A DNA stretch of 64,000 bases from Bugula neritina (Eukaryota; Animalia; Bryozoa): contig OZ037766.1 of the NCBI GenBank assembly GCA_964035545.1, positions 18,253,081 to 18,317,080 of the forward strand. Reading direction: 5' to 3'. A program made the translations under genes and the position numbers. Each line of letters begins with the position of its first letter. Position 1 is the first letter of the stretch. Of the stretch, positions 1-14,800 are shown one piece after another. The notes under the pieces were generated by a model that ran no database searches, was not told where the DNA came from, and worked only from the letters and a program-made list of their open reading frames with translations.

Positions 1-2294
1 AAATACATTGCAACACATTGAAATAAGTTGCAAGATACCGAAATATACTGCAACATACTGAAAGACACTAAAACTCACTGAAGTATAGTGAAAAATCTAA
101 AAATGCACTGTGGCATACTGAAATATACTGAAACAGGCTGAAATATACTGGAACATACTGAAATAAACTGTAACATACTGAGATATACTGCAAGATACTG
201 AAATATGCTACAACTCACTGAAGTATAGTGTAATTTACGGAAATGTACTGTAACATACTGAAATTTATTGTAACATACTGAATTATACTGCAACATACTG
301 AAAAACACTGTAACATACTGAAAGACACTAAAACTCACTGAAGTATAGTGTAATATCTGCAAATGCACTGTAATATATTGAAATTTACTGTAACACAGTG
401 AAATATACTGTAACATACTGAAATATACTGTAACATACTGAGATATACTGCAAGATACTGAAATATACTACAACTCACTGAAGTATAGTGTAATTTACGA
501 AAATGTACTGTAACATACTGGAATTTATTGTAACATACTGAATTATACTGCAACATACTGGAATACACTGTAACATACTGAAACATATTGCAAAATACTG
601 CAACATACTGAAATACACTGTAACATACTGAAAGACGCCGTATCATACTGAAATATACTATAACCCACTGAAATATACTGCAACATACTGAAAAATACTG
701 TAACATACTGAAATATACTGCAACATACTGAAATACACTGTAACATACAGAAATACACTGCAACATACTGCAGCATACTGCAACATACTGCAACATGCTG
801 AAATACACTGTAACATATTGAAATACACTGCAACACATTGAAATATGCTGCAACATACCGAAATATATGGTAACCTACTGAAATATGTTGCAAACTACTG
901 AAATATACTGCAACATACTGCAACATAATGATATATACTGTAACACACTGAACTATACTGCAAAATACTGCAAAATACTGTAACATACTGAAACATACTG
1001 CAACATCCTGAAATATTCTGCAACATGCTGAATTATACTGCAAGACACTGAAACCTACTGAAATACACTGTAACATACTGAAATACACTGCAACATACTG
1101 CAACATACTGAAAAACACTAAAACTCACTGAAGTATAGTGTAATATCTGGAAATGCACTGTGACATACTGAAATATACTGAAACACGCTGAAATATACTG
1201 CAACATACTGAAATATACTGTAACATACTGAGATATACTGCAAGATACCAAAATGTACTACAACTCACTGAAGTATAGTGTAATTTACGAAAATGTACTG
1301 TAACATACTGGAATTTATTGTATCATACTGAAATATACTGCAACATACTGAAATACACTGTAACATACTAAAATGTATTGCAAAATACTGCAACATACTG
1401 AGATATACTGCAACATACTGAAAGACACTAAAACTCACTGAAGTATAGTGTAATATCTGCAAATGCACTGTAACATACTGAAATTTACTGTAACACACTG
1501 AAATATACTGTAACATACAGAAATATACTGTAACATACTGAGATATACTGTAAGATACTGAAATATACTACAACTCACTGAAGTATAGTGTAATTTACGG
1601 AAATGTACTGTAACATACTGAAATTTATTGTAACATACTGAATTATACTGTAACATACTGAAATACACTGCAACATACTGAAATACACTGTAACATACTG
1701 AAAGACACTAAAACTCACTGAAGTATAGTGTAATATCTGCAAATGCACTGTAACATATTGAAATTTACTGTAACACAGTGAAATATACTGTAACATACTG
1801 AAATATACTGTAACATACTGAGATATACTGCAAGATACTGAAATATACTACAACTCACTGAAGTATAGTGTAATTTACAAAAATGTACTGTAACATACTG
1901 AAATTTATTGTAACATACTGAGTTATACTGCAACATACTGAAATACACTGTAACATACTGAAACATATTGCAAAGTACTGCAACATACTGAAATACACTG
2001 TAACATACTGAAAGACGCTGTATCATAATGAAATATACTATAACCCACTGAAATATACTGCAACATACTGAAATATACTGTAACAAACTGAAATATACTG
2101 CAACATACTGAAATACACTGTAACATACAGAAATACACTGCAACATACTGCAGCAAACTGCAACATACTGCAACATACTGAAATACACTGTAACATATTG
2201 AAATACACTGCAACACATTGAAATATGCTTCAACATACCGAAATATATGGTAACCTACTGAAATATGTTGCAAACTACTGAAATATACTGCAAC

Positions 2295-3050
2295 CACAGG
2301 ATAGTTAAGGGCAACCTTTTAGCTCCAACTGCCTTGCTGAGGTTTGCATTGTAATCATATAAGAATTCAGTACCAGTAAAATAAAATCTCACCTAATTGT
2401 GCTAGAGTCAAAATTTAAAAACTATGTTGTAGATCTTCTTTTTCTCCAGTGTAAGTTTTTTGGAAATTTCAATTTTCATTTTTTTTGCGAAGTTATAGAC
2501 AAAAAACTGCCGAAATTTGGCCAATTTTGCCTGAAAAGCTGACTTTTCAGTACCAGTAAAATATCTCAGCAGCAAAGCATGATATCTGAACAAAAATTGC
2601 ACTGCTGGAATCCTGAGATATTTCTCCAGTGTAAGTTTCTTTCTTTTTTCAATAACTCTGCTAGATTGCTCATAAATTGGTGATTTATACACTGAAAATG
2701 CCATATTTTCTCATAAGAAACTAGCAGCGCGCAGCACTTCACGCTTCACTGAGCACGTAGGGATGAGAAGATATTGGCGCCTACATAATAATTACAGGCT
2801 AGCTAGCTGGCAGGCTATAATGAATAGCTTGCTTTGTACTTTGTTTATGTAGCACCAATAATGGAATGTTGATAGATAACGCAGCCCTAACGAAGGTTGC
2901 TGCTTATTGGTTGTAGTTTAATCTTAGGCTAAACAATTACAAGTAGGCAACACGCATGCCACCCGCAAAGCAATATTATTCAAGAAACCGAACTACATTT
3001 TGTGAGAAATTTATGATATTCTTAGTGAGGATGCCCTTAACTATCCTGTG
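2295..3050. mobile_element. Non-autonomous DNA transposon (MITE-like, 756 bp), probably CMC/EnSpm (CACTA-type) superfamily, copy 1
   Basis: Perfect 19-bp terminal inverted repeats (TIRs) CACAGGATAGTTAAGGGCA at 2295-2313 and 3032-3050 (23 bp with one mismatch). The 2-bp TSD AC (2293-2294, 3051-3052) is confirmed by the empty paralogous site AAATATACTG-CAACATACTG-CAACTTAATG near 13733-13762. No transposase ORF. Family assignment rests only on CAC termini plus a 2-bp TSD. Confidence 0.93.
2408..2704 (-). CDS. Doubtful 98-aa Lys-rich ORF inside transposon copy 1
   Basis: ATG-initiated and intact in both copies, with KKLTLEK repeated 60 aa apart. No recognisable domain, so it may be non-coding. 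Confidence 0.12.
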   Translation of the reverse strand: MAFSVYKSPIYEQSSRVIEKRKKLTLEKYLRIPAVQFLFRYHALLLRYFTGTEKSAFQAKLAKFRQFFVYNFAKKMKIEISKKLTLEKKKIYNIVFKF

Positions 3051-3052
3051 AC

Positions 3053-6000
3053 ATACTGCAACTTAATGAAATATACTGTAACACACTGAAATATACTGCA
3101 AAATACTGCAAAATACTGTAACATACTGAAACATACTGCAACATCCTGAAATATACTGCAACATGCTGAAATATACTGCAAGACACTGAAACTTACTGAA
3201 ATACACTGTAACATACTGAAATACACTGCAACATACTGCAACATACTGAAATACATTGTAACATATTGAAATGCATTGCAACACATTGAAATATGTTGCA
3301 AGATACTGAAATATACTGCAACATACTGAACGACACTAAAACTCACTGAAGTATAGTGTAATACCTGAAAATGCACTGTGATATACTGAAATACACTGTA
3401 ACACACTGAAATATAATGCAAAATACTGAAACATACTGAAATATATTGCAAAATACTGCAACATACTGAAATACAGTTTAACATACTGAAACACACTGCA
3501 ACACATCGGAATAAACTGTAACATACTTAAATATACGGTAATATACTGAAATATACTGTAACACATTGAACAACACTGCAACATACTGAAATACACTGTA
3601 TCATACTGGAATATACTATAACCCACTGAAATATACTGCAACATACTGAAAACACTGCAACACATTGAAATATGCTGTAACATACCGAAATATATGGTAA
3701 CCTACTGAAATATGTTGCAAATTACTGAAATACACTGTAACATACGGAAATATACTGGAAGATACTGAAACCTACTGAAATACACTGTAACATACTGAAA
3801 TACACTGCAACATACTGCAACATACTGAAATACACTGTAACATATTGAAATACATTGCAACACATTGAAATAAGTTGCAAGATACTGAATCATACTGCAA
3901 CATACTGAAAGACACTAAAACTCACTGAAGTATAGTGAAAAATCTGAAAATGCACTGTGGCATACTGAAATATACTGAAACACGCTGAAATATACTGGAA
4001 CATACTGAAATAAACTGCAACATACTGAGATATACTGCAAGATACTGAAATATACTACAACTCACTGAAGTATAGTGTAATTTGCAGAAATGTACTGTAA
4101 CACACTGAAATTTATTGTATCATACTGAAATATACTGCAACATACTGAAAACACTGCAACACATTGAAATATGCTGTAACATACCGAAATATATGGTAAC
4201 CTACTGAAATATGTTGCAAATTACTGAAATACACTGTAACATACGGAAATATACTGGAAGATACTGAAACCTACTGAAATACACTGTAACATACTGAAAT
4301 ACACTGCAACATACTGCAACATACTGAAATACACTGTAACATATTGAAATACATTGCAACACATTGAAATAAGTTGCAAGATACTGAATCATACTGCAAC
4401 ATACTGAAAGACACTAAAACTCACTGAAGTATAGTGAAAAATCTGAAAATGCACTGTGGCATACTGAAATATACTGAAACACGCTGAAATATACTGGAAC
4501 ATACTGAAATAAACTGCAACATACTGAGATATACTGCAAGATGCTGAAATATACTACAACTCACTGAAGTATAGTGTAATTTCCAGAAATGTACTGTAAC
4601 ACACTGAAATTTATTGTATCATACTGAAATATACTGCAACGTACTGGAATACACTGTAACATACTGAAATATATTGCAAAATACAGCAACATACTGAAGT
4701 ATACTGCAACATACTGAAAGACACTAAAACTCACTGAAGTATAGTGTGATATCTGCAAATGCACTGTGACATACTGAAATTTACTGTAACACACTGAAAT
4801 ATACTGTAACATACTGAAATATACTGTAACATACGGAGATATACTGCGAGATACTGAAATATACTACAACTCACTGAAGTATAGTGTAATTTACGGAAAT
4901 GTACTATAACATACTGAAATTTATTGTAACATACTGAATCATACTGCAACATACTGAAATATACTGTAACGTACTGAAATATGTTGCAAAATACTGCAAC
5001 ATACTGAAATACACTGTAACATACTGAAATACGCTGTATCATACTGAAATGTACTATAACCCACTGAAATATACTGCAACATACTGAATAATACTGTAAC
5101 ATACTGAAATACACTGCAACATACTGAAATACACTGTAACATACAGAAATACACTGCAACATACTGCAGCGTACTGCAACATGCTGCAACATACTGAAAT
5201 ACACTGTAACATATTGAAATACACTGCAACACATTGAAATATGCTGTAACATACTGAGATATACTGCAAGACACTGAAATATACTACAGCTCACTGAAGT
5301 ATAGTGTAATTTACGGAAATGTACTGTAACATACTGAAATTTATTGTAACATACTGAAATATACTGCAACATACTGAAATACACTGTAACATACTGAAGT
5401 ATATTGCAAAATACTGCAACATACTGAAATACACTGTAACATACTGAAATACATTGTATCATACTGGAATATGCTATAACCCACTGAAATATACTGCAAC
5501 TTACTGAAATAAACTGTAACATACTGAAATATACTGCAACATACTGAAATACACTGTAACGTACTGAAATACACTGTAACATACAGAAATACACTGCAAC
5601 ATACTGCAGCAAACTGCAACATACTGCAACATACTGAAATACACTGTAACATATTGAAATACACTGCAACACATTGAAATATGCTTCAACATACCGAAAT
5701 ATATGGTAACCTACTGAAATATGTTGCAAACTACTGAAATATACTGCAACATACTGCAACTTAATGAAATATACTGTAACACACTGAAATATACTGCAAA
5801 ATACTGCAAAATACTGTAACATACTGAAACATACTGCAACATCCTGAAATATACTGCAACATGCTGAAATATACTGCAAGACACTGAAACCTACTGAAAT
5901 ACACTGTAACATACTGAAATACACTGCAACATACTGCAACATACTGAAATACATTGTAACATATTGAAATGCATTGCAACACATTGAAATATGTTGCAAG

Positions 6001-9000
6001 ATACTGAAATATACTGCAACATACTGAACGACACTAAAACTCACTGAAGTATAGTGTAATACCCGAAAATGCACTGTGATATACTGAAATACACTGTAAC
6101 ACACTGAAATATAATGCAAAATACTGAAACATACTGAAATATATTGCAAAATACTGCAACATACTGAAATACAGTTTAACATACTGAAACACACTGCAAC
6201 ACATCGGAATAAACTGTAACATACTTAAATATACGGTAATATACTGAAATATACTGTAACACATTGAACAACACTGCAACATACTGAAATACACTGTATC
6301 ATACTGGAATATACTATAACCCACTGAAATATACTGCAACATACTGAAAACACTGCAACACATTGAAATATGCTGTAACATACCGAAATATATGATAACC
6401 TACTGAAATATGTTGCAAATTACTGAAATACACTGTAACATACGGAAATATACTGGAAGATACTGAAACCTACTGAAATACACTGTAACATACTGAAATA
6501 CACTGCAACATACTGCAACATACTGAAATACACTGTAACATATTGAAAAACATTGCAACACATTGAAATAAGTTGCAAGATACTGAATTATACTGCAACA
6601 TACTGAAAGACACTAAAACTCACTGAAGTATAGTGAAAAATCTGAAAATGCACTGTGGCATACTGAAATATACTGAAACACGCTGAAATATACTGGAACA
6701 TACTGAAATAAACTGCAACATACTGAGATATACTGCAAGATACTGAAATATACTACAACTCACTGAAGTATAGTGTAATTTGCAGAAATGTACTGTAACA
6801 CACTGAAATTTATTGTATCATACTGAAATATACTGCAACGTACTGAAATACACTGTAACATACTGAAATATATTGCAAAATACTGCAACATACTGAAGTA
6901 TACTGCAACATACTGAAAGACACTAAAACTCACTGAAGTATAGTGTGATATCTGCAAATGCACTGTGACATACTGAAATTTACTGTAACACACTGAAATA
7001 TACTGTAACATACTGAAATATACTGTAACATACGGAGATATACTGCGAGATACTGAAATATACTACAACTCACTGAAGTATAGTGTAATTTACGGAAATG
7101 TACTGTAACATACTGAAATTTATTGTAACATACTGAATTATACTGCAACATACTGAAATACACTGTAACATACAGAAATACACTGCAACATACTGCAGCG
7201 TACTGCAACATGCTGCAACATACTGAAATACACTGTAACATATTGAAATACACTGCAACACATTGAAATATGCTGTAACATACTGAAATATACTGTAACA
7301 TACTGAAACACACTGCAACATACTGAAATATACTGCAACATACTGGAACATACTGGAATATACTGTAACCCACTGAAATATACTGCAACATACTGAAATG
7401 TACTGCAAGATACTGAAACCTACTGAAATACACTGTAACATACTGAAATACACTGCAACATACTGCAACATACTGAAATACACTGTAACATATTGAAATA
7501 CATTGCAACACATTGAAATAAGTTGCAAGATACCGAAGTATACTGCAACATACTGAAAGACACTAAAACTCACTGAAGTATAGTGAAAAATCTAAAAATG
7601 CACTATGGCATACTGAAATATACTGAAACACGCTGAAATATACTGGAACATACTGAAATATACTGCAACATACTGAAATACACTGTAACATACTGAAATA
7701 TATTGCAAAATACTGCAACATACTGAAATACACTGTAACATACTGAAATACATTGTATCATACTGGAATATGCTATAACCCACTGAAATATACTGCAACT
7801 TACTGAAATAAACTGTAACATACTGAAATATACTGCAACATACTGAAATACACTGTAACGTACTGAAATACACTGTAACATACAGAAATACACTGCAACA
7901 TACTGCAGCAAACTGCAACATACTGCAACATACTGAAATACACTGTAACATATTGAAATACACTGCAACACATTGAAATATGCTTCAACATACCGAAATA
8001 TATGGTAACCTACTGAAATATGTTGCAAACTACTGAAATATACTGCAACATACTGCAACTTAATGAAATATACTGTAACACACTGAAATATACTGCAAAA
8101 TACTGCAAAATACTGTAACATACTGAAACATACTGCAACATCCTGAAATATACTGCAACATGCTGAAATATACTGCAAGACACTGAAACCTACTGAAATA
8201 CACTGTAACATACTGAAATACACTGCAACATACTGCAACATACTGAAATACATTGTAACATATTGAAATGCATTGCAACACATTGAAATATGTTGCAAGA
8301 TACTGAAAAATACTGCAACATACTGAACGACACTAAAACTCACTGAAGTATAGTGTAATACCTGAAAATGCACTGTGATATACTGAAATACACTGTAACT
8401 CACTGAAATATAATGCAGAATACTGAAACATACTGAAATATATTGCAAAATACTGCAACATACTGAAATACAGTTTGCCATACTGAAACACACTGCAACA
8501 CATCGGAATAAACTGTAACATACTTAAATATACGGTAATATACTGAAATATACTGTAACACATTGAACAACACTGCAACATACTGAAATACACTGTATCA
8601 TACTGGAATATACTATAACCCACTGAAATATACTGCAACATACTGAAAACACTGCAACACATTGAAATATGCTGTAACATACCGAAATATATGGTAACCT
8701 ACTGAAATATGTTGCAAATTACTGAAATACACTGTAACATATTGAAATACATTGCAACACATTGAAATAAGTTGCAAGATACTGAATTATACTGCAACAT
8801 ACTGAAAGACACTAAAACTCACTGAAGTATAGTGAAAAATCTGAAAATGCACTGTGGCATACTGAAATATACTGAAACACGCTGAAATATACTGGAACAT
8901 ACTGAAATAAACTGCAACATACTGAGATATACTGCAAGATACTGAAATATACTACAACTCACTGAAGTATAGTGTAATTTGCAGAAATGTACTGTAACAC

Positions 9001-9900
9001 ACTGAAATTTATTGTATCATACTGAAATATACTGCAACGTACTGAAATACACTGTAACATACTGAAATATATTGCAAAATACTGCAACATACTGAAGTAT
9101 ACTGCAACATACTGAAAGACACTAAAACTCACTGAAGTATAGTGTAATATCTGCAAATGCACTGTGACATACTGAAATTTACTGTAACACACTGAAATAT
9201 ACTGTAACATACTGAAATATACTGTAACATACGGAGATATACTGCAAGATACTGAAATATACTACAACTCACTGAAGTATAGTGTAATTTACGGAAATGT
9301 ACTGTAACATACTGAAATTTATTGTAACATACTGAATTATACTGCAACATACTGAAATATACTGTAACGTACTGAAATATGTTGCAAAATACTGCAACAT
9401 ACTGAAATACACTATAACATACTGAAATACGCTGTATCATACTGAAATGTACTATAACCCACTGAAATATACTGCAACATACTGAAATATACTGTAACAT
9501 ACTGAAACACACTGCAACATACTGAAATATACTGCAACATACTGGAACATACTGGAATATACTGTAACCCACTGAAATATACTGCAACATACTGAAATGT
9601 ACTGCAAGATACTGAAACCTACTGAAATACACTGTAACATACTGAAATACACTGCAACATACTGCAACATACTGAAATACACTGTAACATATTGAAATAC
9701 ATTGCAACACATTGAAATAAGTTGCAAGATAGCGAAGTATACTGCAACATACTGAAAGACACTAAAACTCACTGAAGTATAGTGAAAAATCTAAAAATGC
9801 ACTATGGCATACTGAAATATACTGAAACACGCTGAAATATACTGGAACATACTGAAATAAACTGTAACATACTGAGATATACTGCAAGATACTGAAATAT
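3053..9900. repeat. Degenerate HOR of about 2.2-2.3 kb (about 3 copies) in the left arm
   Basis: The deletion marker TACTGAAAAC occurs at 3644, 4143, 6342 and 8641 (spacings 499, 2199, 2299). Matching ORF-track blocks occur at 4561/6760/8959 and 3336/6034/8333. Boundaries are approximate. Confidence 0.75.
3625..4640. repeat. 499-bp tandem duplication within the satellite
   Basis: Identical ORF-track entries at 3702 and 4201 (offset 499). Both copies carry the GAAAAC 1-bp deletion and the GAATCATAC variant. Confidence 0.85.
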
Positions 9901-11087
9901 ACTACAACTCACCGAAGTATAGTGTAATTTGCAGAAATGTACTGTAACACACTGAAATTCATTGTATCATACTGAAATATACTGCAACGTACTGAAATAC
10001 ACTGTAACATACTAAAGTATATTGCAAAATACTGCAACATACTTAAATATACTGCAACATACTGAAAGACACTAAAACTCACTGAAGTATAGTGTAATAT
10101 CTGCAAATGCACTGTAACATACTGAAATTTACTGTAACACACTGAAATATACTGTAACATACTGAAATATACTGTAACATACTGAGATATACTGCGAGAT
10201 ACTGAAATATACTAAAACTCACTGAAGTATAGTGTAATTTACGGAAATGTACTGTAACATACTGAAATTTATTGTAACATACTGAATTATACTGCAACAT
10301 ACTGAAATACACTGTAACATACTGAAAGACACTAAAACTCACTGAAGTATAGTGTAATATCTGCAAATGCACTGTAACATATTGAAATTTACTGTAACAC
10401 AGTGAAATATACTGTAACATACTGAAATATACTGTAACATACTGAGATATACTGCAAGATACTGAAATATACTACAACTCACTGGATTATAGTGTAATTT
10501 ACGAAAATGTACTGTAACATACTGAAATTTATTGTAACATACTGAATTATACTGCAACATACTGGAATACACTGTAACATACTGAAACATATTGCAAAAT
10601 ACTGCAACATACTGAAATACACTGTAACATACTGAAAGACGCCGTATCATACTGAAATATACTATAACCCACTGAAATATACTGCAACATACTGAAATAT
10701 ACTGTAACATACTGAAATATACTGCAAGATACTGAAATACACTGTAACATACAGAAATACACTGCAACATACTGCAGCATACTGCAACATACTGCAACAT
10801 GCTGAAATACACTGCAACACATTGAAATATGCTGCAACATACCGAAATGTATGGTAACCTACTGAAATATGTTGCAAACTACTGAAATATACTGCAACAT
10901 ACTGCAACATAATGATATATACTGTAACACACTGAACTATACTGCAAAATACTGTAAAATACTGTAACATACTGAAACATACTGCAACATCCTGAAATTT
11001 ACTGCAACATGCTGAATTATACTGCAAGACACTGAAACCTACTGAAATACACTGTAACATACTGAAATACACTGCAACATACTGCAA

Positions 11088-11843
11088 CACAGGATAGTTA
11101 AGGGCATCCTCAGCAAGAATATCATAAATTTCTCTCAAAATGTAGTTCAGGTTCTTGAATAATATTGCTCTGCGGGTGGCATGCGTGTTGCCTACTTGTT
11201 ATTGTTTAGCCTAAGATTAAACTACAACCAATAAGCAGCAACCTTCATTAGGGCTGCGTAATCTATCAACAATCCATTATGGGTGCTACATAAACAAAGT
11301 ACAAAGCAAGCTATTCATTATAGCCTGCCAGCTAGCTAGCCTGTAATTATTATATAGGCGCCAATATCTTCTCATCCCTACGTGCTCAGTGAAGCGTGAA
11401 GTGCTGCGCGCTGCTAGTTTCTTATGAGAAAATATGGCATTTTCAGTGTATAAATCACCAATTTATGAGCAATCTAGCAGAGTTATTGAAAAAAGAAAAA
11501 AACTTACACTGGAAAAATATCTCAGGATTCCAGCAGTGCAATTTTTATTCAGATATCATGCTTTGCTGCTGAGATATTTTACTGGTACTGAAAAGTCAGC
11601 TTTTCAGGCAAAATTGGCCAAAATTCGGCAGTTTTTTGTCTATAACTTCGCAAAAAAAATGAAAATTGAAATTTCCAAAAAACTTACACTGGAGAAAAAG
11701 AAGATCTATAACATAGTTTTTAAATTTTGACTCTAGCACAATTAGGTGAGATTTTATTTTACTGGTACTGAATTCTTATATGATTACAATGCAAACCTCA
11801 GCAAGGCAGTTGCAGCTAAAAGGTTGCCCTTAACTATCCTGTG
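11088..11843. mobile_element. Non-autonomous DNA transposon, copy 2 (756 bp, inverted relative to copy 1)
   Basis: Same TIRs (11088-11106, 11825-11843). The 2-bp TSD is AA (11086-11087, 11844-11845), with empty paralogous sites near 1091-1120 and 22459-22488. It is the reverse complement of copy 1 with about 18 substitutions and no indels by manual count (about 97.6% identity). Confidence 0.93.
11434..11730 (+). CDS. Doubtful 98-aa Lys-rich ORF inside transposon copy 2
   Basis: 97 of 98 aa identical to the copy-1 ORF. No recognisable domain. Confidence 0.12.
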   Translation: MAFSVYKSPIYEQSSRVIEKRKKLTLEKYLRIPAVQFLFRYHALLLRYFTGTEKSAFQAKLAKIRQFFVYNFAKKMKIEISKKLTLEKKKIYNIVFKF

Positions 11844-14800
11844 AACATACTGAAAAACACTAAAACTCACTGAAGTATAGTGTAATATCTGGAAATGCAC
11901 TGTGACATACTGAAATATACTGAAACACGCTGAAATATACTGCAACATACTGAAATATACTGTAACATACTGAGATATACTGCAAGATACCAAAATGTAC
12001 TACAACTCACTGAAGTATAGTGTAATTTACGAAAATGTACTGTAACATACTGGAATTTATTGTATCATACTGAAATATACTGCAACATACTGGAACATAC
12101 TGGAATATACTGTAACCCACTGAAATATACTGCAACATACTGAAATGTACTGCAAGATACTGAAACCTACTGAAATACACTGTAACATACTGAAATACAC
12201 TGCAACATACTGCAACATACTGAAATACACTGTAACATATTGAAATACATTGCAACACATTGAAATAAGTTGCAAGATACCGAAATATACTGCAACATAC
12301 TGAAAGACACTAAAACTCACTGAAGTATAGTGAAAAATCTAAAAATGCACTGTGGCATACTGAAATATACTGAAACACGCTGAAATATACTGGAACATAC
12401 TGAAATAAACTGTAACATACTGAGATATACTGCAAGATACTGAAATATACTACAACTCACCGAAGTATAGTGTAATTTGCAGAAATGTACTGTAACACAC
12501 TGAAATTCATTGTATCATACTGAAATATACTGCAACGTACTGAAATACACTGTAACATACTAAAGTATATTGCAAAATACTGCAACATACTTAAATATAC
12601 TGCAACATACTGAAAGACACTAAAACTCACTGAAGTATAGTGTATTATCTGCAAATGCACTGTAACATACTGAAATTTACTGTAACACACTGAAATATAC
12701 TGTAACATACTGAAATATACTGTACCATACTGAGATATACTGCGAGATACTGAAATATACTACAACTCACTGAAGTATAGTGTAATTTACGGAAATGTAC
12801 TGTAACATACTGAAATTTATTGTAACATACTGAATTATACTGCAACATACTGAAATACACTGTAACATACTGAAAGACACTAAAACTCACTGAAGTATAG
12901 TGTAATATCTGCAAATGCACTGTAACATATTGAAATTTACTGTAACACAGTGAAATATACTGTAACATACTGAAATATACTGTAACATACTGAGATATAC
13001 TGCAAGATACTGAAATATACTACAACTCACTGAAGTATAGTGTAATTTACGGAAATGTACTGTAACATACTGAAATTTATTGTAACATACTGAATTATAC
13101 TGCAACATACTGAAATACACTGCAACATACTGAAATACACTGTAACATACTGAAAGACACTAAAACTCACTGAAGTATAGTGTAATATCTGCAAATGCAC
13201 TGTAACATATTGAAATTTACTGTAACACAGTGAAATATACTGTAACATACTGAAATATACTGTAACATACTGAGATATACTGCAAGATACTGAAATATAC
13301 TACAACTCACTGAAGTATAGTGTAATTTACGAAAATGTACTGTAACATACTGAAATTTGTTGTAACATACTGAGTTATACTGCAACATACTGAAATACAC
13401 TGTAACATACTGAAACATATTGCAAAGTACTGCAACATACTGAAATACACTGTAACATACTGAAAGACGCTGTATCATAATGAAATATACTATAACCCAC
13501 TGAAATATACTGCAACATACTGAAATATACTGTAACAAACTGAAATATACTGCAACATACTGAAATACACTGTAACATACAGAAATACACTGCAACATAC
13601 TGCAGCAAACTGCAACATACTGCAACATACTGAAATACACTGTAACATATTGAAATACACTGCAACACATTGAAATATGCTTCAACATACCGAAATATAT
13701 GGTAACCTACTGAAATATGTTGCAAACTACTGAAATATACTGCAACATACTGCAACTTAATGAAATATACTGTAACACACTGAAATATACTGCAAAATAC
13801 TGCAAAATACTGTAACATACTGAAACATACTGCAACATCCTGAAATACACTGTAACATACTGAAATACACTGCAACATACTGCAACATACTGAAATACAT
13901 TGTAACATATTGAATTGCATTGCAACACATTGAAATATGTTGCAAGATACTGAAATATACTGCAACATACTGAACGACACTAAAACTCACTGAAGTATAG
14001 TGTAATACCTGAAAATGCAATGTGATATACTGAAATACACTGTAACCCACTGAAATATACTGCAAAATACTGAAACATACTGAAATATATTGCAAAATAC
14101 TGCAACATACTGAAATACAGTTTAACATACTGAAATACACTGCAACACATCGGAATAAACTGTAACATACTTAAATATACGGTAATATACTGAAATATAC
14201 TGTAACACATTGAACAACACTGCAACATACTGAAATACACTGTATCATACTGGAATATACTATAACCCACTGAAATATACTGAAACACGCTGAAATATAC
14301 TGGAACATACTGAAATAAACTGCAACATACTGAGATATACTGCAAGATACTGAAATATACTACAACTCACTGAAGTATAGTGTAATTTGCAGAAATGTAC
14401 TGTAACACACTGAAATTTATTGTATCATACTGAAATATACTGCAACGTACTGAAATACACTGTAACATACTGAAATATATTGCAAAATACTGCAACATAC
14501 TGAAGTATACTGCAACATACTGAAAGACACTAAAACTCACTGAAGTATAGTGTAATATCTGCAAATGCACTGTGACATACTGAAATTTACTGTAACACAC
14601 TGAAATATACTGTAACATACTGAAATATACTGTAACATACGGAGATATACTGCAAGATACTGAAATATACTACAACTCACTGAAGTATAGTGTAATTTAC
14701 GGAAATGTACTGTAACATACTGAAATTTATTGTAACATACTGAATTATACTGCAACATACTGAAATATACTGTAACGTACTGAAATATGTTGCAAAATAC

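Noticed and set aside
2684-2701. Satellite-like stretch TTTATACACTGAAAATGC in the DNA transposon, suggesting the satellite derives from it
   Set aside because: The match is short and AT-rich with no tandem structure inside the element, so it is compatible with chance.
2295-11843. The two inverted transposon copies as ends of one composite element or an inversion
   Set aside because: Each copy has its own matched TSD (AC versus AA), and the satellite between them keeps the same orientation as the outside flanks.
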